DNA of 64,000 bases from contig RDOA01000002.1 of assembly GCA_011364925.1 (NCBI GenBank), positions 96,001 to 160,000 of the forward strand. Direction: 5' to 3'. A program made the translations under genes and the position numbers. How positions within the stretch are numbered: position 1 is the stretch's first letter; the number at the start of each line of letters is the position of its first letter. The notes below the pieces were generated by a model. It was not told the DNA's origin. It saw only the letters and a program-made list of their open reading frames with translations, and ran no database searches. The DNA is from Promethearchaeota archaeon (GTDB lineage: Archaea > Asgardarchaeota > Lokiarchaeia > Sigyniarchaeales > SOKP01). This document shows, piece by piece, positions 1 to 7,673 of this stretch.

Positions 1-250
1 TATAAATCAAAAAACATCAATATAGTATTTAAATAACAAAGTAAAAAAGTCAGCACTAAATACTAAACCAATTTTAGGATCGGTTTTTTTCCATTGCAAA
101 ATACACTCGCTAAAATTATTACTAATGATTGCAAGTTTGTATTATGATCACGCTTTTTCTTAATAAGAATTCAGTTTAAATAGTAAGAAATCAATTTTAT
201 ACATAAGTATCAAAAAAGGAGATTAGGGTTAAGCGAGGTAATCATTCGTT

Positions 251-538
251 ATGATGGCAGAATGCGACTTCTACATGAACCTTTACGACGATTTTATCAA
301 GACAGGAAACAACGAGCACGATAAAATTTTATGGAAAACATATAAAATTCTTGAATTGATGAAATTAACTAATGGTAAAGATACAAATGGTCTGGTGGAA
401 AATGGCCTGAGAATGATAATGCTTCTCTTTAACAATTTTAATTTTAATATATGTGATCTCAATAGTATTGATCTCAATGAGACTCCTCCTAATATAAAAG
501 AAGAATTACAACATATATTAAAAACAGAATTCATTTAA
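251..538 (+). CDS. Hypothetical protein (95 aa)
   Basis: ORF with ATG start that overlaps the convergent PUA gene by 8 nt; no recognisable motif. Confidence 0.55.
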   Translation: MMAECDFYMNLYDDFIKTGNNEHDKILWKTYKILELMKLTNGKDTNGLVENGLRMIMLLFNNFNFNICDLNSIDLNETPPNIKEELQHILKTEFI

Positions 539-1037
539 ACTCTTTTTCAAACTTCCACACATTATCTTGTATAGTGTGCAAGTTTTTTACAACCTTCCCC
601 GCTTTTTTTGCTTCCATTTCTTTAGCATTAAACAAGGCTTTTCCTATAGCTAACGCTCTGTCGTGATTTTCGTCCACTATTACCACGATCTCTCCCTTTT
701 TTATCGATGGATCAATTTGAGTAATCCCTGGCCTCATGACATCCGCTGCATTTGTAACAAATCTGATCGCTCCTTGATCGACAACAATCTTCTTTAGGTT
801 TACTTGTTTATTTAAAAGTAAAGTCAATACGGGAATGTAGCCTTCTTTTGATTTCCAGAGTTTTAGAACATTGTTCACTGCATATAAAGTATCTCCTTCA
901 TCAGTCTCGATCAATTCGATCCGAGCTTTTTTAGGAAAGATTTGAGATACGATGGTTTCATCGTATTGCAATAACACATCGTCTTGTAATTCTCTAATCT
1001 GAGATTTTTGTATGAAGTGCCTATGTTTAATATTCAT
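531..1037 (-). CDS. PUA-domain RNA-binding protein (pre-PUA + PUA; archaeal MCT-1/Tma20-like)
   Basis: VVDQGAIRFVTNAADVMRPGI...GEIVVIVDE...ALAIG...GKVVKNLHTIQD.VW is the typical PUA signature. Confidence 0.9.
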   Translation of the reverse strand: MNIKHRHFIQKSQIRELQDDVLLQYDETIVSQIFPKKARIELIETDEGDTLYAVNNVLKLWKSKEGYIPVLTLLLNKQVNLKKIVVDQGAIRFVTNAADVMRPGITQIDPSIKKGEIVVIVDENHDRALAIGKALFNAKEMEAKKAGKVVKNLHTIQDNVWKFEKEFK

Positions 1038-1108
1038 AATTCATAGTGTAAATAAAAATCATCAAATAAAAACCTTTTATATCCCTAATTTTATATTAGA
1101 ATTGAAGT

Positions 1109-1648
1109 ATGTCAAAAGTATATACAACGGCTGTAGTGATTATTCCTCCTGAGAAGATTTGGGAGACAATTCAAAAGATTCGAAGGACATACGATAGACA
1201 ATTTCATAGATGGATGCCGCACATAACTTTACTTTATCCATTTAAACCTCAATCTGATTTCCAAGAGCTCGATTCTCTCTTTTCATTTGCATGTAGACAA
1301 ATAGGATCGTTTCAAATTAGTTTCCACAAGTTTAAGTTTTTTAATCACGGAAAGCAGAGATATACGCTTTGGTTGAATCCTGAACCAGTGGATCCGATTA
1401 AAGTCCTTCAGAATACACTGATGGAAATCGTTCCCGATTGTAACGATGTAAATTTATATAAAAATGGATTTACGCCTCATTTAAGTGTTGGACAAATAGC
1501 AGGTAAAAACAATTTGATCAGCGTTATGGATAAACTTCAAACTAATTGGAATTCTTTAGAATTCAAAGTTTCGTCTACTTATTTTATCGCAAGGGAGAAT
1601 CAGAAGTCATCTGAATTTGAAATCAAAAAAGAATTTTATTTAAAATAA
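1109..1648 (+). CDS. 2H phosphoesterase (2'-5' RNA ligase-like; LENG9/AKAP7-type)
   Basis: Two Hx[T/S] motifs: PHITLLYPF and PHLSVGQ. Confidence 0.85.
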   Translation: MSKVYTTAVVIIPPEKIWETIQKIRRTYDRQFHRWMPHITLLYPFKPQSDFQELDSLFSFACRQIGSFQISFHKFKFFNHGKQRYTLWLNPEPVDPIKVLQNTLMEIVPDCNDVNLYKNGFTPHLSVGQIAGKNNLISVMDKLQTNWNSLEFKVSSTYFIARENQKSSEFEIKKEFYLK

Positions 1649-1681
1649 GAGAGCACTAAAAAAAGGTTTGAGATTTATATT

Positions 1682-2251
1682 CTATTTTCCTTTAGAATTA
1701 TATACTAGTTCTGCGATTTTCTGAAATACAATTTTTACATTCTCACCAGTAAGTGCGGAAGTTTCGAAATATGGTGCGTTAAGTTTATCGCTTAAGTGTT
1801 CTGCCATTGGCAAAATTATCTTCCGTTCCTCTTTTAAATCTATTTTGTTCCCGATTAAAACTCTTGGCACTCCACTAAGACCATACTTAACCGCAGTATT
1901 ATACCAGTTGTTAACGTTACTAAATGTGCTTGAACGCGTAGTATCGAATACTAAGAGTATTCCGTCTGCTCCATTGAAGTATGGGCGATGTAGCATATAA
2001 AATTGAGGTTGTCCAGCGATATCCCAAAACATTAGATTTACTGTGGCGTCCTTTTCCTTTAATTCGATTGTTTCTTTTAATATTGAGACTCCAACGGTTG
2101 GTAAATACTTATGCTCGAATTGATTTGTTGCGAAATTTGTAAGAAGGCTTGTTTTTCCGACTGCAGGGTCTCCGATTACGATAACTTTATAAATCGCCTC
2201 AGTTTTTCCTTTAAAAACAATGCTTCCTTCTTTCTTCTCGTTATCGCTCAT
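1682..2251 (-). CDS. Rab-like small GTPase with canonical motifs
   Basis: G1 GDPAVGKTS, G2 PTVG, G3 WDIAGQ, G4 NKID, G5 ETSAL; no C-terminal prenylation cysteines. Confidence 0.95.
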   Translation of the reverse strand: MSDNEKKEGSIVFKGKTEAIYKVIVIGDPAVGKTSLLTNFATNQFEHKYLPTVGVSILKETIELKEKDATVNLMFWDIAGQPQFYMLHRPYFNGADGILLVFDTTRSSTFSNVNNWYNTAVKYGLSGVPRVLIGNKIDLKEERKIILPMAEHLSDKLNAPYFETSALTGENVKIVFQKIAELVYNSKGK

Positions 2252-2392
2252 GTGACTTTCAATCGATTATGATTTTAATTTATTTTTGTTATAATAAATA
2301 TGAACTTCTTATTTATATTTCTTAACAATTTATTTTACATTTTAGGCTTTAAGAACAAAAAAACTATGTTTTTGTATGTAACCACCTAAAGC

Positions 2393-3031
2393 TCAATTTT
2401 TTACATCTAATTTTTTAACCCAAAAATCAATTTTCTCCCCTAAGTGAACCTCTAAACTCTTTGAAGATTGTTCGTTATTATCGATTATATCTTGTAGCGA
2501 ATTAGCAGAATCCAACTGAGTTAAGATTTGTGAAATCTCATACAGCATTTTATGACCACCAGTAAATTCGTAGATATCTTCTTTAATTTGCTCTAAAATT
2601 GCTTTTACCGCTTGAGGTTCGCTAAAGCTACTTAGATTAGTTTTTAGGGCGCTTAACTGATTCAATATCAAATTTTTTTTGCTTGTTGCTGATTCATCTC
2701 TTTCAATTGCATTCTCGACTTCTTGTTTTTTTAACGGGAGAGACTTTAGATTCATTATCAGCGATTTGATCAAATTTAATTCATCTTCCACCTGCTTCTG
2801 ATTTTTAATTACATTCGTCAATTGCGGGGTTAATCCCTTAATTTCAATAGTAGATTTGTGCAATTCTTCAACCATATCAGTTAACTGTGTGATCTTCAGA
2901 TTAGTTTGTCCCATTTTAGTAATAATATCTAAACCAAATTTCTCTAATATTAAGGAGAAAGAAGTCATCTTCTTCTCTAACTCATTTAGAGATTTCTCCA
3001 AATCTTCTCCATTTGAACTCATTGATTTCAC
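2393..3031 (-). CDS. Hypothetical coiled-coil protein with a C-terminal helical domain (..KIDFWVKKL)
   Basis: Heptad-rich N-terminal half; C-terminal ~95 aa align by eye with the C-terminus of 58108..60288. Confidence 0.75.
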   Translation of the reverse strand: MKSMSSNGEDLEKSLNELEKKMTSFSLILEKFGLDIITKMGQTNLKITQLTDMVEELHKSTIEIKGLTPQLTNVIKNQKQVEDELNLIKSLIMNLKSLPLKKQEVENAIERDESATSKKNLILNQLSALKTNLSSFSEPQAVKAILEQIKEDIYEFTGGHKMLYEISQILTQLDSANSLQDIIDNNEQSSKSLEVHLGEKIDFWVKKLDVKN

Positions 3032-3204
3032 TCTTAGGTTTTACAAATTGAAATATTCTCAACCAAAAAAGTAAGATTGTTACCAATCTAAGGGAGAATA
3101 TTATATAAAGATCAATTTATTATTCTTTTTATAAGTAAATAATTAATGCATAAAAATATAAATTCAAGTTTTTTGAATCAAATTATTTCGCATTTCAAAA
3201 TTTT

Positions 3205-4098
3205 GTGATTACCTTGATTCAGTATATTAATATCCTCACTCGTGACGGTAAATCATTATTATTTAGGAATTATGGTAGTTCAGATGTCGATAGAGATTTG
3301 TTAGCAGGATTTCTGAGCGCGTTCTCGGGTTTCATGAAAGAGATTAGCCAAAGCGATATTAAATCCACAGCTACTGACGAATTCAAATATTTTTACACGA
3401 TTATAGAGGAGATTTTAATTGTGGTGTGTGCAGATCTAACTGATGAAGATGCAGCTATAAACACGAAAATTACTACTATTAAAGTAAAATTTGTCGAAGA
3501 ATATGGTAAAGTTATAAAAAGTGGGGAATGGTCAGGGAATCGCACAATATTTGAGGGGTTTGGACGTGAACTTGATGATGTTATTCTCGGAGAGATTAAG
3601 GTGTCAATACTTGGCCTGGGCGGTGTTGGCAAAACGACCCTTCTACGATTAATTTGTGGGGAAAAGATAAACTTAGAATATCAGCCTACCATAAATGTAG
3701 ACATTACTAATTATGATGGGGCAGAGATTGGAGTAAATCGTTCTATTATGCTATGGGATTTTGCTGGTCAATCTAATTATCGAGCCCTCTGGCCAAGTCT
3801 ACTCGATAGTACTGACATAGTTCTATTAGTGCTTGATTCTAGTTACGAATCTTTAAATCCCACTAAAGAGATTCTACGAGATATTTTGGAAAAACATTAC
3901 AAAGATACACTAGTTATTGGAATTGCAAATAAGCAAGATTTACCCAATAGACTTACGCCTAAATTCTGCGAGAGAATTCTTTCCGAGGTTAGAAAAGATC
4001 CTCCAATTCAAGTTTATGATATGGTGGCAATTGATCCAAATTATCGAGAAAAAATTCGCGCAATTCTAAGAGACGCGATAAGTAAAGTGTACCAATAG
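3205..4098 (+). CDS. Longin-domain + Arf-like small GTPase fusion
   Basis: N-terminal longin pattern (IQYINILTRDGKSLLFRNY..DLLAGFLSAFSGF), then GLGGVGKTT, PTI, WDFAGQ, ANKQDL; GTG start. Confidence 0.9.
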   Translation: MITLIQYINILTRDGKSLLFRNYGSSDVDRDLLAGFLSAFSGFMKEISQSDIKSTATDEFKYFYTIIEEILIVVCADLTDEDAAINTKITTIKVKFVEEYGKVIKSGEWSGNRTIFEGFGRELDDVILGEIKVSILGLGGVGKTTLLRLICGEKINLEYQPTINVDITNYDGAEIGVNRSIMLWDFAGQSNYRALWPSLLDSTDIVLLVLDSSYESLNPTKEILRDILEKHYKDTLVIGIANKQDLPNRLTPKFCERILSEVRKDPPIQVYDMVAIDPNYREKIRAILRDAISKVYQ

Positions 4099-4125
4099 CT
4101 AAAATGTTCTAAGAAAGAAGAATTT

Positions 4126-4659
4126 CTATTGCTCTTTAAACTCGTATACTAATTCCGCGATCTTTTCAAAGACTTCTTTAACATTTTCTCCAGTAACTTC
4201 TGATGTTTCGTAATACAGAGCATTTATTTTTTCGCTTAAATGTTCAGCCATAGGAAGAATAATCTTCCTTTCTTCTGTTAAATGGCTCTTGTTTCCGACT
4301 AAGATTTTTGGTATATCTCTTAATCCATATTTCACAGCTGAACTATACCAGTTGTTAATATTACTGAACGAGCTTGAACGCGTGAGATCGAATATTAAAA
4401 GCATACCATCAGCTCCGCTGAAATACGGACGATGTATCATATAAAATTGTGGTTGTCCAGCGATGTCCCAAAACATCAGGTGAACTCGGGTGTTGTATTT
4501 CCTAAGCTCGACTGATGTTTTTAAAATTGAAACGCCTACGGACGGTAAATGCTTTTCCTCAAACTCCTTTTCGGTAAATTTAGTGATAAGTTCCGACTTA
4601 CCAACTTGTGGGTCTCCTAAAACTATAATTTTAAAAAGTGCTTCACTTTTAGCTGACAT
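4126..4659 (-). CDS. Rab-like small GTPase with variant G4/G5
   Basis: GDPQVGKSE, PSVG, WDIAGQ, NKSH, ETSEV; paralogue of 1682..2251. Confidence 0.92.
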   Translation of the reverse strand: MSAKSEALFKIIVLGDPQVGKSELITKFTEKEFEEKHLPSVGVSILKTSVELRKYNTRVHLMFWDIAGQPQFYMIHRPYFSGADGMLLIFDLTRSSSFSNINNWYSSAVKYGLRDIPKILVGNKSHLTEERKIILPMAEHLSEKINALYYETSEVTGENVKEVFEKIAELVYEFKEQ

Positions 4660-4757
4660 ACTAAGTATTTTGGTAGTTCGTAATTTTTGAATATTATTCT
4701 ATTGGAGAATTAAATAATTTTATAAACATGTTTATTATCCTTCTCACTTAATCGAAT

Positions 4758-4964
4758 TTATCGGGATTGTTTGATATTCTCAATTGATTGCGACATCAGA
4801 GTTAATTTTCCCATGATATGGCTAAAAAAGTTTGAGATTATGTCTTCAATTTGGCTAGTTCTCATTAGAATTGCCACTGCTTCGCTGTAGGTTTTACAGC
4901 CATTAACTTCTTTTATTTTTTTAAGATCGTTTTTTATTTTTTCATTCAAATCGATTGTAGGCAT
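4758..4964 (-). CDS. Small ribbon-helix-helix-like DNA-binding protein
   Basis: MPTIDLNEKIKNDLKKIK...KTYSEAVAILM resembles archaeal RHH/VapB-type proteins. Confidence 0.6.
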   Translation of the reverse strand: MPTIDLNEKIKNDLKKIKEVNGCKTYSEAVAILMRTSQIEDIISNFFSHIMGKLTLMSQSIENIKQSR

Positions 4965-4994
4965 AATTTAATATAGGTTTTTTATATATATAAA

Positions 4995-5031
4995 TTTTGT
5001 CATTAGAATGTTAATTGACAACATTACAAAA
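4995..5031. promoter_or_regulatory. Overlapping inverted repeats in the divergent RHH / coiled-coil promoter region
   Basis: TTGTCA(4997)..TGACAA(5016) and AATGTT(5007)..AACATT(5020). Confidence 0.25.
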
Positions 5032-5111
5032 ATATTTATATACTAATAATAATATAAAAATAATATTACATTCATTATTGAAATCAAAATTACAAGAAAT
5101 AAAGCTAAATT

Positions 5112-5999
5112 ATGACAATTGATTGGAGTTTTATTGAACAAAATTATAAAAAACCTGTAAAAGTTAAAGTTGAGGCTCGTGATCTAATGGATTTACGTGC
5201 TAAAGTTAACGATTTAGAAAAGCAACTGACGGATACAAGGAAGGAATTAAATAGAACACAGAATACTCTTAAATCTACGAGCACTAGCCTTGAAAATACA
5301 ACAAACGAATTAAAAAACACAAAAACAAGCCTAGATAAAATTAAAGCAGAACTTAGTGTTACTAAATCTAAATTAGTTCAAACTTCCGCTGATCTCGATA
5401 GCTCAAACTCTAAAGTAAGCGAACTTAAAGAGTTAATCCCTAAACTCGATATCGCAAACTCTAAAATAAGCGAGCTTGAAGGAAAGATCGAGGGACTTGG
5501 TGGTACGATTTCAGATCTCTCTTCTGAATTAGAATATTCTAAATCAGAAATACAAGGCTTAGAAGGAGCTGCTTCAGAGAGTAAAGAACAACACGATGAA
5601 TTGGCTGCCGAAAATCAAGAATTAAATAGCAAACTAATCATTACTCAAGACGAAAATACCTCCCTAAAAAATCAATTAACGGACCTAAATAACGAATTAC
5701 TTCAAAAAGACACAAAACTTAGAGAATTCACCGATTTGATCCACGATAAAGAAAAACTAATCAACGATCAGGCTGCTCACTTAAAAGAAGTTGAAGACGA
5801 GTTAAAAGAACTAAAACAAAGTAATGAACCTAATTTGGGACACCCCTTTGAAACACGGATTATTTGCCCTAGGTGTCAAGCTGTGGGAAAAGATATTAGA
5901 GAAGTCGAGGACAGAAAAAAGGTTCTTCGTCCTGGTCCTATTCCAATGTATGCTAAAAAATATGTCTGTAAAAAATGTGGATATGATTGGAATAAGTAA
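5112..5999 (+). CDS. Long coiled-coil protein with a C-terminal zinc ribbon
   Basis: About 210 aa of heptads, then CPRC...YAKKYVCKKCGYDW. Confidence 0.85.
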   Translation: MTIDWSFIEQNYKKPVKVKVEARDLMDLRAKVNDLEKQLTDTRKELNRTQNTLKSTSTSLENTTNELKNTKTSLDKIKAELSVTKSKLVQTSADLDSSNSKVSELKELIPKLDIANSKISELEGKIEGLGGTISDLSSELEYSKSEIQGLEGAASESKEQHDELAAENQELNSKLIITQDENTSLKNQLTDLNNELLQKDTKLREFTDLIHDKEKLINDQAAHLKEVEDELKELKQSNEPNLGHPFETRIICPRCQAVGKDIREVEDRKKVLRPGPIPMYAKKYVCKKCGYDWNK

Positions 6000-6039
6000 A
6001 TTAACTCCGTACTAGAAGGATTATTTTCCAATTTAAAGG

Positions 6040-6900
6040 TTGTTTAACTTGATTAGATATATAAATTTTCTGACTCAAGCTGGTAAATCAGTATTATTCC
6101 GAAATTATGGATCCTCGGACATTGATAAAGGCTTAACGAAAGAAATTTTAAATATTTTTAAAGTTGCAAGCCAGAATGAAAGTGAAATTACAATTAATAT
6201 TACAGATGAATTCAAATATTTTTCTGCCACGATTGGTGAATACATAATTATAGTTTGCACCGATCTCGAGGACGAAAATGCTATTATCAAGTCCAAAATT
6301 CACGCCCTTAAGACAAAATTTAACAAAATAATAAGTAAGAATTATGAATTAATTCATGAATTTGAGCAAAATCTTGATGATATTATTCTTCCACCAATAA
6401 AAGTTGCGATTGTTGGTTTAGGGGGGACCGGTAAAGAAGAATTAATTCAATTAATCTGTGGAGAACAAGTGAACTTAGAATATCAACCGACTATAAACGT
6501 GGATCTTTCGAATTTTGATGGAACAGAGATCGGAGTAAATCGGACTATTATGCTATGGGATTTTCCTGGTCAATCTAATTACAGAGCTCTCTGGGCAAGC
6601 TTACTCGATAGGACTGATATAGTCCTATTAGTACTCGATTCCAGCTATGAATCTTTAAATCCTACTAAAGACATACTTCGCGATATTTTAGAAAAAAATT
6701 TCAAAGATAAACTAATTATCGGTATCGCAAACAAGCAAGACTTACCCCATCGACTCACGCCTAAATTCTGTGAGAGAATGCTTTCAGAGGTAAGAAAAGG
6801 CCCTCCAATTCCAGTTTATGGTATGGTTTCAAGTGATCCAGCCTATCGAGAAAAGATCCACGCAATTCTAAGAGACGCGATAAGGAAACTTTACCCATAG
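6040..6900 (+). CDS. Longin + small GTPase fusion with a degenerate P-loop
   Basis: Close paralogue of 3205..4098; G1 GLGGTGKEE, G3 WDFPGQ, G4 NKQD; TTG start. Confidence 0.88.
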   Translation: MFNLIRYINFLTQAGKSVLFRNYGSSDIDKGLTKEILNIFKVASQNESEITINITDEFKYFSATIGEYIIIVCTDLEDENAIIKSKIHALKTKFNKIISKNYELIHEFEQNLDDIILPPIKVAIVGLGGTGKEELIQLICGEQVNLEYQPTINVDLSNFDGTEIGVNRTIMLWDFPGQSNYRALWASLLDRTDIVLLVLDSSYESLNPTKDILRDILEKNFKDKLIIGIANKQDLPHRLTPKFCERMLSEVRKGPPIPVYGMVSSDPAYREKIHAILRDAIRKLYP

Positions 6901-6927
6901 CGGATAATTTTCAAAAAATAAATATTT

Positions 6928-7497
6928 CTAATGCTCCTTAAACTCATATACTAATTCTGCGATCTTTTTAAAAACTTCTTTAACATTTTCTCCAGTAACT
7001 TCGGATGTTTCATAATATTGCGCATTCAATTTTTTGCCTAGATGTTCAGCCATCGGATGTATAATTTTCCTTTCTTCTGTTAAATGAGTCTTGTTTCCTA
7101 TTAAAATTCTTGGAATTCCACTTAAACCATATTTCACAGCTGTATTAAACCAATTATTAATGTTACTGAATGTACTAAAGCGTGTAAGATCGAACACTAA
7201 AAGCATACCGTCTGCTCCGTTGAAGTAAAGGCGGTGAAGCATGCAGAACTGAGGTTGACCGGCGATGTCCCAAAACATTAGATTTACTGTAACATCCATA
7301 TCTTCTAATTCAATAGTATCTTTTAAAATTGAGACTCCAACCGTTTGTAAATACTTTTCCTTGAACTGATAAGTAGCAAAATTCGAAAGAAGGCTTGTCT
7401 TTCCAACTGCGGGGTCACCGATTACAATAATTTTATAAATTGCTTCAGTTTTCCCTCTAAAAACGATGCTTCCTTCTATTTGCTCGTAATCACTCAA
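6928..7497 (-). CDS. Rab-like small GTPase with variant G4/G5 (mosaic of the other two copies)
   Basis: GDPAVGKTS, WDIAGQ, NKTH, ETSEV. Confidence 0.92.
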   Translation of the reverse strand: MSDYEQIEGSIVFRGKTEAIYKIIVIGDPAVGKTSLLSNFATYQFKEKYLQTVGVSILKDTIELEDMDVTVNLMFWDIAGQPQFCMLHRLYFNGADGMLLVFDLTRFSTFSNINNWFNTAVKYGLSGIPRILIGNKTHLTEERKIIHPMAEHLGKKLNAQYYETSEVTGENVKEVFKKIAELVYEFKEH

Positions 7498-7673
7498 AAA
7501 TTATCAATGAAAAATAATGATTTGTTCCAATAAAAAATTAAGCAATTTTAACAAATGGGATTTAACTCTCTCTAATTAATATCTTTCATGAAAACATAAA
7601 AAATTTAAGAATTTCATAATTATAGCCTATTAATTGATAACTTGTTATCGTGATGTAACTGATTAATTTTGAA

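Noticed and set aside
1-250. Possible gene start on the minus strand at the window edge
   Set aside because: Only a few codons are visible; cannot be supported
4758-4964. Toxin-antitoxin module
   Set aside because: RHH-like gene has no adjacent PIN/RelE-type toxin
5112-5999. SMC or chromosome-segregation ATPase call for the coiled-coil protein
   Set aside because: No Walker A/B motifs or hinge; similarity would be compositional only
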